Positions 38,088-52,138 of a DNA stretch of 64,000 bases are shown one piece after another. The notes under the pieces are model-generated. The model was not told the DNA's origin. It made no database searches and saw only the letters and a program-made list of their open reading frames with translations. Source of the stretch: Octopus sinensis (taxonomy: Eukaryota); the NCBI RefSeq assembly GCF_006345805.1, contig NC_043007.1:62001-126000 (forward strand), read 5' to 3'. The position numbers and the translations under genes were made by a program. Each line of letters begins with the position of its first letter. The first letter of the stretch is position 1.

Positions 38088-38809
38088 GCATGTGTGTGTA
38101 TGCATGAGTGTGTATGTGTTTTTTTATATGTATGTACGTATATATGCATGTATGTATATATGTATGTAAAGGTGTACTCTCGTCAGCAGACGGTAGGATA
38201 CATAAACACTTGTTTGTACAGTTGTTAGGAATAATATTCCCCATGACACAAATAATATAAGTATAAACTTGGAATCCTAAAATATGAACAGTTTGTATGT
38301 CAAAAGGAAAGTAGCGATTTTGACGCAAAGCGTTATTAATTTTGACACAATCTTAATGGATATTTAACGAAAACTTTAATGTACGTTATTTCTTGTTGTG
38401 TATTGCACGAAAGTGTTCAGTTAAAAATGGGTGAACTATTTGTGAAGAAAATATGTGTCGAATATCTTGAAACAGCTTTTCTAGCAGCTAGAAGGAAGGT
38501 AACAGAACTGTGGGTAGCGCAAGGTAAACGTAGTCTGTACGACGAATTCTGCCAGTAAAGTACCTACTAACAGCTTTTCCGTATAATATGGAAGAGTCTG
38601 AATAAATTTCTTTAAGAAGTATCATGTTTGTTAGAGCAATCTCGTAATACTGAAATTGCCTGTCCTTGTGAGTGTTCAGGCCCCGAGCTAGACCATTCCT
38701 TGAACGGAAGTACGAGTGTTTATTTGGCAGTGCGGTTAGGGAATGCTAGCGGAACTGGAAGATATGGTGGCGTTTTCCGTTCTAGTGTTCGTAAGTTGTT
38801 CAGCTACAG

Positions 38810-38852
38810 TCACCAGTGTCACGTGACTGCACAGGTCACGTGACACTGGTGA
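38810..38852. other. Perfect 18-bp hairpin with two GTCACGTGAC palindromes
   Basis: TCACCAGTGTCACGTGAC-TGCACAG-GTCACGTGACACTGGTGA. Confidence 0.9.
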
Positions 38853-39370
38853 ACTGTTGTACAGTATTCTCATCTATTCAATGCTCACTTCTTACACTTG
38901 ATTTTGAAGGCCCACTGTGTGAAATTCAATCTCTTTTATGCAGCGTTATTTCTGGTTCCTGTGGAAGGTTCTCCCGTGCTATACTTTGCTAGAGAGCATC
39001 TTTTTTCGTAGCTGGTGGTCTGGCATACTAGCTACATGACTTACCAAGCGCAGTGTCACTGCATTAGTGTCGTGTGGATGCCGGAGTGCTCAGAACTAGA
39101 GAGTACTTCTGCGTTAAGAATACTGTCTTGCCACTCGATGCCAAGAGTCTCAGGTAGAAAGGAAGTAGTTCCACTTCTTCGCAAGCTGTTGGCAGGCAGT
39201 CCATGCTTCACAGCTGAAGAGTAAGTAGTAGAGCGAAACTGACGGCCAAATATACAGGGATGTTTGTCTTTAGAGTGATACCTGTCTTCTCTGTTTGACA
39301 GATTCTTGTTGATTCTGCTGTATGAGGCACGAATTCAAGACTAAAATATAGCAAAGTGAAACTAAAATAA

Positions 39371-39465
39371 ATGAGTGCGACGTCCCCGCACCACCAAAAA
39401 AAAACATTTTCTGTAGAAAAAATAAGACTTGTACCTGAATATGGCATATAAGTGCGTCGCACTCA
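39371..39465. mobile_element. Mini-MITE with 9-10-bp TSD (MULE-like)
   Basis: TIR TGAGTGCGACG/CGTCGCACTCA; flanks (A)CTAAAATAA on both sides. Confidence 0.5.
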
Positions 39466-39621
39466 CTAAAATAACTAAAGTAAAAATCAGTGCGACACAC
39501 TTAAACATACATGCATACATACATGCATACATACATACATACATACATACATACATACATGCATACATACATACATACATACATACATACATACATACAT
39601 ACATACATACATACATACGTA

Positions 39622-39707
39622 CGGGTGGGGTATGAAAAATCTTTGAGCCTCAAAGAAACAAAACATGGTACGAGACTTCAAGTCTCAAAACTTTTGATTC
39701 ACCCTCG
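39622..39707. mobile_element. Tc1/mariner-type mini-MITE
   Basis: TA-CGGGTGGGGTATGAAAAATCTTTGAG versus the reverse complement of the right end, TA-CGAGGGTGAATCAAAAGTTTTGAG; TA on both sides. Confidence 0.5.
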
Positions 39708-39740
<33 letters not shown>

Positions 39741-39753
39741 TATATATATATGT

Positions 39754-39791
<38 letters not shown>

Positions 39792-40859
39792 TGTGTATGT
39801 ATATATGTATATGTATGTATGTATGTATGTATATGTATGTATCTATATATATACATACATACGTATATATATATGTATGTATATATATATATTATATATA
39901 TATATATATATATACATACATACATATATATGTGAATTGAATTACTTTTTTGGTGAATGCCATGTTTTACTGCACTTGACCGTATCATACAGAAACGCAT
40001 AACACTAACAAAATTTTAAATTTCTGGCTTGTGTCCGTAAGAGTTATTCCCTATTTGCTTCTATTTAGAAAGCAAAGGAAATGACTACTATTCCCTTCAA
40101 CCTTTGTTTTTCCGACCTGAGACATCAATGTTTTGAAACTGACCTATTTTCCATTACGTTTCAGACAGATTCAGCACTGAGTTACTGAAGTAGAAACGTA
40201 GTTATGGCAAATCTGCGCAATAGCACAGATTTGCTTGTCAGTTGTTTAGTGGCTGACAATATGTGCATCTCTGATCATGAACAGGAGTAGTGGGAGAGCA
40301 TCATAACCATGTTTTGTGAGGTATTCTTTGGGGTTTGAATAAATGTACCAAAAGCAAAGTTTGAAATATTAGAGATTTCTCGTGATTTCTAGGGGTAAGT
40401 AAGCAAATGGGAAGTAATTCTGCTCAAGGACAAAAATCGTGTTACACAGTTTGATAATCTCCCGGAAATCATTATGTTATAAAGTCTGTAAAATTGAAGA
40501 AATTCGTATGTCTCGTGGGGAAATGAAGACATTGACATTTCTGAACTGAAAAGTCATCTGCCAAAGAAACATTTTTCTTAATTTGAAATTTTTTTTCCCT
40601 CTCACTGGAATGCTTTTCTTCTGTCCTCTTATTATGAAATTATTAAAACGCACGAAGTTCACTATAGAATTTTAGTGCACAAAGGGCAACACCAACAATG
40701 ATCTTATTTTTTATTTTTTCTGATTCAGCTTTACTTGTACAAAGGAATATGTTCATCGATATGCTCTCTACTGATGCATTATTGGTGGGAATAATAGACT
40801 GGTGTGCTTAGAGTAACAAGCATCGATATACACCATGGTGCCATAAACCATTATCATTC

Positions 40860-41202
40860 AAGGCGATGAGCTGGCAGAATCGTTAGCACGCAGGGCGAGA
40901 TGCTTAGCAGTATTTCGTCTGCCGTTACGTTCTGAGTTCGATGTAAACGACTTAATCCGTTTGTCTGTCCTTGTTTGTCCACTCTGTGTTTAGCCCCTTG
41001 TGGGTAGTAAAGAAATAGTATTTCGTCTGACGTTACATTCTGAGTTCAAATTCCGCCGAGGTCGACTTTGCCTTTCATCCTTTTGGGATCGATAAATTAA
41101 GTACCAGTTTCGCACTGGGGTCGATATAATCGACTTAATCCGTTTGTCTGTCCTTGTTTGCCCCCTCTATGTTTAGCCCCTTGTGGGCAATAAAGAAATA
41201 AG
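40860..41202 (+). mobile_element. SINE family B dimer with 14-bp TSD
   Basis: TSD AAACCATTATCATT at 40845-58 and 41203-16 brackets both units. Confidence 0.9.
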
Positions 41203-41283
41203 AAACCATTATCATTTTGTTTATTTGAATACATTTAATGAGAAATAGTTGTTAATGAGGAATAATATATTGGTTCGAGACTA

Positions 41284-41480
41284 AGGCGGCGGGCCTGCAG
41301 AATCGTTAGCACGCCGGAAATAGTGTTTAGCAGCATTTCGTATGTGGTTACGTTCTGAGTTCAAATTCCGGTGAGGTTGACTTTGACTTTCAAGCTTTCG
41401 AGGTCGATAAACTAAGTTCCAGTTAAACACTAGGGTCGATGTTATCGACCTACCTGTCTCCTGAAATTTCTTGATCTTCT
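41284..41480 (+). mobile_element. SINE family B, diverged
   Basis: AGGCGGCGGGCCTGCAGAATCGTTAGCACG head and Meta-like core. Confidence 0.8.
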
Positions 41481-41484
41481 TTGG

Positions 41485-42189
41485 ATCAAGTAAGGTGGGT
41501 TGTTCCACTGCATGGATTGGCCATTTGTTTCTGGTTCAAAGTATTCAAGCCAACACCTATCCTGGGTTAGAAACCAGCCTGGGTCTACCTCAAGCAACGT
41601 CAGATTTTCCCAAATTGTGATCGGCCTGGTTCGCTTCTGTTCAGGTGTCAGAAAACATGGTACCTACCGTGCATAATCCTTCGTCATGTCAAGTTCAAGG
41701 TACAGAATATTCTCAACTCGCTCACTAGATATGCTAACACATTGTCTCTTTGATTCATAGTCAATCTTTTGTCGTCCATTACCATTAGTGAACCCAATAA
41801 ATATTTTATTCTCGGTGGTGGCGGTTGCAGGATGTCTAGATGTTATCTTCAACACTCACCCTTCTCCTCCTAAATTAAGCCGCCCACTTGTGCACTGTTG
41901 ATAAATCTGGAGCGCTATCCCCTAATTTAGTATGAATGTAGGATTGACCTTCAGAGCTAAAAGTTTTTCTGCAGGAACTTGATAATACCACGATACCAAA
42001 TTTTGTCATTTTCAAGAGAAATCACCACTAGTTACTTTTGAAATCCTGTTTGATGAGTCAAATGTCAGTTTTCCTGAAAAGCAACAATGCAGTTGTTAAA
42101 TAGACGATTTGAAATTAACGCATGCAGAATTTCACAGCTCTAGTCTCACTCTTTCATGGTCAACCTATGAACGTTTCAGACCGTGCTCG
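41485..42189 (-). mobile_element. 5' half of a second mariner family (irritans-subfamily-like), decayed
   Basis: Start ~42009: KIWYRGIIKFL..LGDSAPDLSTVHKWAA*F..RHPATATT..ERVENIL..R*VPCFLTPEQKRTR..TQDRCW..FEPET..QSMQW; TIR-like TA-CGAG at 42189. Confidence 0.85.
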
Positions 42190-42354
42190 TAATAGGGGAG
42201 AGAAACTATTTCACGAAAATATTGTGTACAAACAAAAATGTTTATCTCTGTCTATTATATATAAAGATGGCTAACGTTTCTAGATGTATCCTGTAGCACA
42301 GCGTGTCATTAAAACAAAAAGGTATTAAAGTAAATTAATATAATATATTATATA

Positions 42355-43986
42355 CAGAATGCGTAAGGTATTTGAGGACATACATTTTTGGGTCATTGGC
42401 GCATTTTTTGCTATCACTGTATAATCTTTGTTTCAGAAAATAATAATAGCAGTCCCTCAGCTTACTTAAGAAATGAAGAGGCATGCTGTTATTGTGGTTA
42501 TAAAGGCTGAGCATAGCGATTTAGAAATATCTCGATTTTAAAATGTTGCCAGATCTTTCGTCTACAAAGTTTGTAAGGAGATAGAGACGATTGAAGATGG
42601 AAACGTATCACCAGTATCAAACCATAAAAAAGTATTCTAAACGCTATGAAATCATCGGAACATTTGAATTTATCCAGCAGGTTCAACAGATTGTAATGCT
42701 GCTCATTACGACTAGCCTCCAACACACAAGAAGCATTTCAATGTGATCTAACGATGGATTTATATAATTTCTATGCCAGGCTTCGTTATGATTATTTGTG
42801 CAATTTTCTTCTTGAACAATTATATTGTACATATTCCATGGAATAGGACTGAATAACGGGCGACCAATTGTTTACGGCACCTGATTTCAAAGACATCGAC
42901 TTTCTCGAAATATCATATTTGGAAAATTTTCTTTCAGCTTATCGAAGGTTTCCGGGAGCTGATCTAGTAGAACAAATGTAATCGTATTCACATTACCGTA
43001 ACATTGGAAAAATGTCTTCGTTGCTCTTCTGCCGAACGACAAGCTCATTGTTCTCGTTTTCTTCCTAAAATGATTGAGAAAGGTGAAAGAAATAAACGTA
43101 GACAGGAATGCTAGCATCCAACACAGGAATAAAAGAGTTGTTTACAACTCAGTTATATTACAATCCCACAAAGTCCATCAGGCCAATTGCAAAGGATCTC
43201 CATGTGTTAGTAGGAACAGTCAGAAATGTTATCCACGAAGACATCACATACAAATATTGTATGATGAGGAAAGGTAATTTGTCAGAAAAAGCAAACGAAA
43301 ATCATTACATCAGATCTAAAAGGCTCTTAAACAAACTGAAAAGTCTAGTAGATTTTTTTCTCAAACGAGAAACAATTCGACCAAGATCAAAAAGTTAACA
43401 GAAGAAATGACAGATGGCCTTCTGAAGTTCCAAGTATCCTTCATACAGAATTTCCTGCAACTGAGATGGTTTTATGAGTTGTCAGCAATGAAGGATATGT
43501 GATGACGCCTTACTTATTTCCACAAGGCCTTAGAGTTAACTCTGCCGCCCACATTGAGGTCCTGCAAACGATTGTTAAGCCCTGTATTGGCTGTGTATGC
43601 AATAGAAGGCCTTGTGTGTTCCAGTATGACTGTACACAATCACACATGGCTCTAGTAACACAGGAATGGATGGCAGAAAATTTTCATGATCACATAATCC
43701 CTAACATTTGGCATTTTAATTCCCCAGATCCCAATCCATTTCACTATTATATGTGGAGCGTTGTAGAGGGAGAGAGAGGTTAATGAAAACACTCATAACA
43801 CCAAATATTCTTTGAAAGCTGCCATAGTCAGAGTAATGTCCCAAATGAACCAGGACCACTTGATTCGAGCATGTACATGATTTAGATCTCATATAGAAGC
43901 AGTTGTTGAAGCTGAAGGTGGCTTTATTGAATAACATTATAGAAAAGAAGGTTTCTTTTTATCCTCATAGCATTTTTTGATATCTG
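42355..43986 (+). mobile_element. DD37D (maT) Tc1/mariner element, decayed, interrupted by an insertion at 42695-43165
   Basis: Transposase from 42473 to the stop at 43934: MKRHAVIV.., NPTKSIRPIAKDL, FSNEKQFDQD, FQYD-(37 aa)-NPFH (third D mutated to H); degenerate CAG...CTG TIRs. Confidence 0.88.
42695..43165 (-). repeat. Inverted duplicate of 44624-45103 (MULE fragment)
   Basis: Near-identical reverse complement with few substitutions and one ~11-bp indel. Confidence 0.92.
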
Positions 43987-44639
43987 TTATTATATGTCTG
44001 TTTCTTTTTATAAACATCTCTACTCAAATATCTTACGCACCCTGTGTATATGTGTGTGTGCATGTGTGTGTATGTGTGTATGTGTGTGTGTGTGTCTGTG
44101 TGTGTGTGTGTCTGTGTGTGCATGTATTAGTTCTCACTGTTATAAACCAGTCGTTGCAGTTTCTATGGTGTATTGAAGTCTGTATTCTACATGTTTACCC
44201 CTGGAAAAATGTAAACATATGCCGCATTATCTTTTTTAATTATTTTTAATGAGGAAGGAAATAGGGTTTCCTAGATGGTTGGAAGAAAAGATAACGGTAT
44301 GTTCACTTCGGAAACCTGACACGAACGCTTGCGACTGAATCGATTCCGCTAAAGCCACCCAAATGCTAGGTGGTAGCTTTAAACCCGGTCATAGATTAAG
44401 TATACCATCTAGGAAGGCAATCGCAAAGGCTTTCGTTCTGAAGTACTTTGGAATTATTTTTATTAATTCTGAAACAATCAAAGGCAAAATTGATATCGGT
44501 GGAGTTTGAACTAAGAGCGCAGAGAATCTGAACACGTAACGCGAATCATTTTCTCCGACATTGTAATGACTCAGCCAATTCGCCTCGGAAATCGTTGTTG
44601 AAATTTTCGCTAACCGTAATCTAGATTGTAATATAACTG

Positions 44640-45248
44640 ATTCTGAGTTGGTTGTAAACAACTCTTCTTTCCTGTGTTGGATGCTAGCATTCCTGTCTAC
44701 GTGTATTTCTTTCACCTTTCTCAATCATTTTAGGAAGAAAACGAGAACAATGAGCTTGTCGTTCGGCAGAAGAGCAACGAAGACATTTTTCCAATGTTAC
44801 GGTAATGTGAATACGATTACATTTGTTCTACTAGATCAGCTCCCGGAAACCTTCGATAAGCTGAAAGAAAATTTTCCAAATATGATATTTCGAGAAAGTC
44901 GATGTCCTTGAAATCAGGTGCCGTAAACAATTGGTCACCCGTTATTCAGTCCTATTCCATGGAATATGTACAATATAATTGTCCAGGAAGAAAATTGCAC
45001 AAATAATCATAACGAAGCCTGGCATAGAAATTATATAACTCCATCGTTAGATCACATTGAAATGCTTCTTGTGTGTTGGAGGCTAGTCGTAATGAACCGC
45101 ATTTTGTTGAGGTTCGAGAAGTTATTTTACAATGGAGTGCACCCGTATAAATAAAGAGCGTTAAAAGAACGGTATTGTGTTGGATTACGCAAATAGTGAC
45201 ATTTTGGATTATCTTCAAGGGTTTGCGTGTAATCTTAGATATAAATGA
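44640..45248 (+). pseudogene. MULE (Mutator-like) transposase C-terminal fragment
   Basis: YFFHLSQS (cf. CFFHLSQ), ITFVLLDQLPETFDKL (cf. LAFVP..V..AF..L), PLFSPIPWNMY....TNNHNEAWHRN, DILDYLQGFACNL*. Confidence 0.8.
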
Positions 45249-45849
45249 ACTTTTCATCTCTCTGAACGTTTCTTTTCTTTAAATAACATTTACATCTTAT
45301 TGAAAAAAATAGCCTGGATATAAATTGAACGTATGCTTCATTTACAATATAATATATCCTTTTAAAATAAAAATATGTTGCTTGCAAATAATTGTCGGCA
45401 TAAAGATTTGGTTTATTCTAATTTTTTTTCTACAAATATGCCTTATAAGGTAGGTCAACTGCTGTGCTGATGACTGCTATTGAGGTAGAAACACTTGCTC
45501 GCCATTGTCCACTTGTTTCCAGACATCAGATAATGGGATATCAATTTTGAAGAAATCTTAATTTATGAAATTATCCCCGCCTCCTCATATAAAATTTCAT
45601 CCCATTTGCCAACCAGCGTTTCTTCTACCTTCTCTGGAAGCTTAGGATATTTCATATATTTAATATGCCCTTATTAATGTGTCGATAAATATGTATATAT
45701 ATATATATAAAACTTAGATAAAATGTTTCGACCAAAGATTGGTCCAGGCCATGTCTAACTTAATAGCACCACCTGATAGGATTATTCGAATATATATATA
45801 TATATACATACATATATATATATATATATATACATACATATATACATAC

Positions 45850-45882
<33 letters not shown>

Positions 45883-45909
45883 AATACATATATATACATA
45901 CATATATAC

Positions 45910-45990
<81 letters not shown>

Positions 45991-46247
45991 CACATACATA
46001 CAACATATATATATATATGTGTATGCATGTATGTATATATGTATATATGTACATGATATGTATATATATATATATTATATATATATATACGTGTGTGTGT
46101 GTGTATTTATCTCTGTCTCCCTCTCTCTCTCTCTTTTTCTCTCTCTATATGTATATATATATATATATTATATATATACATATATATACATGCATATACA
46201 TTCTCCCATACACACACATATATAGCTACGTAGATACATCTATGTAC

Positions 46248-46293
<46 letters not shown>

Positions 46294-47639
46294 TATATTC
46301 GTACACAGAGGCACACATACATGTATGAAACACCTCCAAAACTTCGATAGTTTGAACAAAAACAGAAAATTCGTGAAAAATAACAAAAGTACAGCCCTAC
46401 ATAATATTTAATCAGGTATTTCAAACCACATAAATCCTCCTTTTCAATATTCCAATTCTCATTAAAACCATTTTCTTAAATGCGCAAAATAAATGTATTT
46501 TGAAAATCAATTATTACTAAAAAAGAAAAAAAAAAGTAAATGGAAATTATAATTCCCTTGCACAGCAAATTTAAATTAAAATCATCTTAATTATTTCAAT
46601 AAACTTTGCTAATAAACTCCAACTAGAGTAAGAAAAAAATGTTATAAACCCATATACAAAGCGATCGCTAATGCTAGTACACACACAAACAAACACACAA
46701 TTCCTTCCCCCCTCTCTCTCACACACACACGCGTACACACGCACATATACATATAGAGAGAGATACGAGTGTTTGTGTGTGTGTGTACGGATGGGTGAAT
46801 ATATTACGACAGTAAACAGAGATTCATGTCTAAAACCACAAAGGTATAAAGACGTACGCACACTCGCACCCACATAAATACACGCAGCAATATCTCTTCC
46901 ATTTTCCTCCATTTTCTTTCCCGTTCACTTTGTTTTTATATGCATATAAATGCTTACACACACATACGCTCGTAGAAACATACACACGCGTAAGCGTATT
47001 TGTGCGAGTGATTGCGTATATATACACGTGCATACATACGTAAAGACACATGTCTGTATACATATATGGCTGTATGTACAATGAAATGAATGCTTGATCA
47101 TACATTATTAAAATGACAAACCCCACCCCCAAAAAACTCGTTGTTTACAACAGAATTTGCCGTCTTTAGAAAAATATAATCCAAGTCCACATGTATTTAC
47201 ACTGCTTATTAATAATACTAGCCGTAGCACACAACATATAAAAATTCTAAACGTTGAGGAGTTCATATGTGAAAAGAACAGCAATGGTTCCCGTCGCGGA
47301 ACTTTAATAATTAATATAAAAACTTCCGACAATTAAACAGAAGCTGATGATGTATGGCGACAATGAACGACACACGGTGTATCGCCGAGAACTTGCGATA
47401 TGCCTGAATAATTCATCCAACAGTAATACAGTCTTGTATCGGTGAATATAGTTAAAACAGCGCAGATGCGCAAAACCCCCAACTGTGTTCGACGTTCGAA
47501 GTTTCTAGTAAAATTATCCTCCTCTACTATTTTCCTCTGTTTAACGGCGTTTTAATCTTTGACACTCTATATCATCATACTGCCATGGAGTGTGCTAATA
47601 GAGACCTATTTAACCCAGATTATTTGAACTGTGGTGAAG

Positions 47640-48085
47640 ATGGTGGGCTGGCAGAAACGTTAGCACGCCAGGCGAAATGCTTAGAGCTATTTCGTCTACC
47701 GTTACGTTCTGAGTTCAAATTCCGCCGAGGTCGACTTTGCCTTTCATCCTTTCAGGGTCGATTAAATAAGTACCAGTTTCGCACTAGGGTCGATATAGTC
47801 GACTTAATCCGTTTGTCTCTCCTTGATTGTCCCCTCTGTGTTTAGCCCCTTGTGAGCAGGAAAGAAATAGATATAGGTATTTCGTTAAGGCGGCGACCTG
47901 GCAGAAACATTAGCACGCCGGGCGAAATGCTTGGCTGTATTTCGTTTGCCGCTACGTTCTGAGTTCAAATTCCGCCCAGGTCGACTTTGCCTTTCATCCT
48001 TTCGGGGTCGATTAAATAAGTACCAGTTACATACTGGGATCAATATAATCGACTTAATCTCTTTGTCTGTCCTTGTTTGTCCTCT
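47640..48085 (+). mobile_element. Two adjacent SINE family B copies
   Basis: Heads at ~47641 and ~47888. Confidence 0.88.
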
Positions 48086-48462
48086 AAGTGTGAGTGTGTG
48101 TGTGTATGTGTGTGTTAGAGCGCATGTAGATGTGTCAGCACACATTCACACACATGTGTATATTTACCTAGGTAAAATGATAGTTGCTGCCATCAATCCG
48201 TGAATTACCAGCCATTTCTTCTGCATTGACACAGGAATATAAATTTTGTTTCTCTTTATATTTTTCTTCACTTTCATAAAAAAAAACAAATGTCCCTCGA
48301 AGGGACATTTTCTGTTTCTGTCTTCTGTGAGGATTTCTTTGATTTTCTTTATTGCTTTATACTTTTACGCTTTTCATCACCATGATTTCGTTTGCCCGAC
48401 TCCAATTATTATTTATTTACCTCCTCGTTCAATAATGATTGTATACGTACATTCTTTTGATT

Positions 48463-48563
<101 letters not shown>

Positions 48564-48644
48564 GTATCTATCTATCTGTCTGTCTGTCTACCTATCTATC
48601 TATCTATTTATATATGTATGTATGTATGTACCTATCTATCTATC

Positions 48645-48695
<51 letters not shown>

Positions 48696-48756
48696 TTATC
48701 TATCTATCTACTTATGTATCTATATATGTATGTATGTATGTATCTATGTATGTATG

Positions 48757-48805
<49 letters not shown>

Positions 48806-48924
48806 GTCTACCTATCTATCTATCTACTTATCTATCTATTGTCTATAGCCCATCTTTCCTTATTTATATAGATTTGTTTATACATACATATACATACATA
48901 CATACATACATATATATATGTGTG

Positions 48925-48969
<45 letters not shown>

Positions 48970-49011
48970 ATATATGTATATGCATATATAAAGATATATA
49001 TATATTCATAT

Positions 49012-49044
<33 letters not shown>

Positions 49045-49046
49045 TG

Positions 49047-49146
<100 letters not shown>

Positions 49147-49851
49147 CACACATATATATGGAAGCCGTCAGCCAGTTGGCATTACTGTCTAAAGTAAAGA
49201 AGCAGAGCAACAGTTAACTGACAAATAAATCCTAGTTATGTTTAATAGAGAGAGAAAATAACGACAGAACGGCATATCCAATGCAAATAAAATGACAGTT
49301 TGTACGCGTACGACATGCAGCCCAACAATGCTTTACACATAACGTAATTGAATGTTTGTTCTCTTATCCTAACGCGTGTTTGCATTTTGTTCATGACGTT
49401 TCAAGTATGATTGCTCATGTGACTGCTATATAAGTATATATACGCTTGTATGTATATGAAGTTGCCTATAAGAAAATAGTGCCTAGGGATGTGTTTGTGT
49501 GTGATGAGGTTGGGAGCGACGGCGAAGGCGCGAGGTAAGTGCTGTCGTCTGTCTCCCATGTTTTATTCATGTTTAATTATAAAAGTGCACATGATTTTGT
49601 GCTTTGATGTAAGCCTAAGCGTACACCCACTCAGAGTCACGTGTGTATCTGTATGTATATATATATATATATGTATGCATGTTTGTATGTATGCGTGTGT
49701 GTATAGGCACACAGACAAAAAATAGACAGACAGACACACACATACGCTCATATGTTTATATATGAATGTATGCATATATATATGTATGTATGTATGTATG
49801 TATATATGTATGTATGTATGTATATATATATATATATATATACATACATAC

Positions 49852-49896
<45 letters not shown>

Positions 49897-49974
49897 GGTA
49901 TATATATATATATATATATACGTATATATATACATATATATATACATATATATATATATGTGTGTATGTATATA

Positions 49975-50018
<44 letters not shown>

Positions 50019-50142
50019 GTGAATGTAAGTATGAATGTACGCATGTGTATATGTGTGTGTGTGCGTATGTATGTAATAGATAGGTAGACAGATAGAGACA
50101 TATATAGATATATGCATAGTCACACACATATATGTATGCATG

Positions 50143-50203
<61 letters not shown>

Positions 50204-50892
50204 AAATATGTATGTATACTTCTATCTATCTATATACATATATATATATATATGCCTGTACCTATATAGATATAATATGTATGTGTGGTTGTATGAACAT
50301 GTATACACAGACATCCATTGTCATAAATGTCTACCATCTTACACTGCGTATACGCTTACATGTTTCCCTTCACATGTGTTCATTTCTGTGTGTAGTTATG
50401 TCGAATTGTCGCTGTTTGTGTTCTTGTAGTTGTGGTCGTTCATGTCCGGATCCAATTCAAGCCATCAGATCAGCTTGCAAAGGCACTTCAGCCATGACCA
50501 TTGCATCTATTTTAAAACGATAAGGTGTGACATCAGGGAATGCTGTCTAGGTTTTGTCAGGCTCGTGTCGCCGTCATAGATATGCTTTTTGACTTCCTGC
50601 ACATATATGAGTCTATTTGTATGTTAACCTTTATATGTCCTAATAACAATAATAGCTGCAGATACGATTTTATGTCTATTGTCTGTCCATCTGTCCATCT
50701 AAAAATACACACACACATACATACATACATACATATTTATACATGTGAGTCTTCATGTATGTACATATATATATATACATATGTATATAAATCACGATAA
50801 GGGTGAAAGAAATTGAATATTAATTAATAACATCAATTTAAAACACCGAGTGGCCTAGCGAAAAATAACTGTGATACAGTAAAAATTATTAA

Positions 50893-51037
50893 TACAAGTA
50901 ATAAGAGAGAAACCACATATGGTCACTCTAACGCTAGAAATAGATCCGCAAAGGGAATTCTTTAGTGGTGGATTGCCTTTGCGGATATATTTCTAGCGTT
51001 AGAGTGACCACATGTGGTCTTTCTCTTATTACTTGTA
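50893..51037. repeat. Fold-back hairpin (~62-bp arms, ~21-nt loop)
   Basis: TACAAGTAATAAGAG...CCGCAAAGG / CCTTTGCGG...CTCTTATTACTTGTA. Confidence 0.85.
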
Positions 51038-51396
51038 CATATGTATATATATATATATATATGTGTGTATGTGTGTGTGTGTGTTTGTGTGTATGTATAT
51101 ATAAGCATGCATAGCAGCATTTTGTAAGCATGCATGTGTACGATTATGTGTATGTGTGCGTGTGTTTTTGTGTGGAGAGCTTGCATGAGATTCCACCTGT
51201 TGGGCATAAATGTATATCTATATATGTAATAGCCGTTGTATTGAGATACAAACACATAGACACACCCACAAATACACACGCAGTTATTTCACTAATTTTC
51301 TCTTGCGCTCTTTCTCTTTCTCTCTCTCTCTCACACATACACTCACACACACACAGACACACATAAATATATCTATGTATGTATGCCTGTATGTAC

Positions 51397-51472
<76 letters not shown>

Positions 51473-52138
51473 TTATCTATCTGTCTGTATGGCTATTTGT
51501 TTGTTTGTCGGTCTGTGTGACACTCTCCTTCTAACTCCCTCTCCCCCTCTCTCTTTATGTATATATATATGTGTGTGTGTGTACGTGTATATTTATGTGT
51601 GTGTTTCTGTATGTATGTCTGAGAGAGATAGGGGGAGAGATACATAGATAGAGAGATAAATCCTTATAAAGAGGGAGCGAGCGCGAAAAAGAAAGAGACA
51701 GAGAGATAGAAAGAGAGAAATAGAGAGAAAGACAGAAGTCGAGGGAGACGGGTCTGATGCTTCGTGTAGGAGGAGAAGAAACAAAGCCATCCCCCCAATT
51801 TTAAAGTTCAGAAAATTCATTGAATCCAAGTAGGAAATACGTTGCACATCACTTTGACCATTCTGATGTTTCTGCTCCAAAACTAGCTGTCATTTTGTTG
51901 ATGTTTCTGAAATGAAAAAGATGTCAGTGAGTGCCAGGCGATTGATTCGTTTGTCAAACCTCATCTGCAACGTGAGTCAGTGGAAACTTTTGCTAAGATG
52001 TGCTTTTGGTTGTTATAGATAAGTTTACTCTCTCATAAACACATGGGCCCATAATAGACACATACATACATACATACATACATACATACATACATACATA
52101 CATACATACATACATACATAAATACATACATATATATA

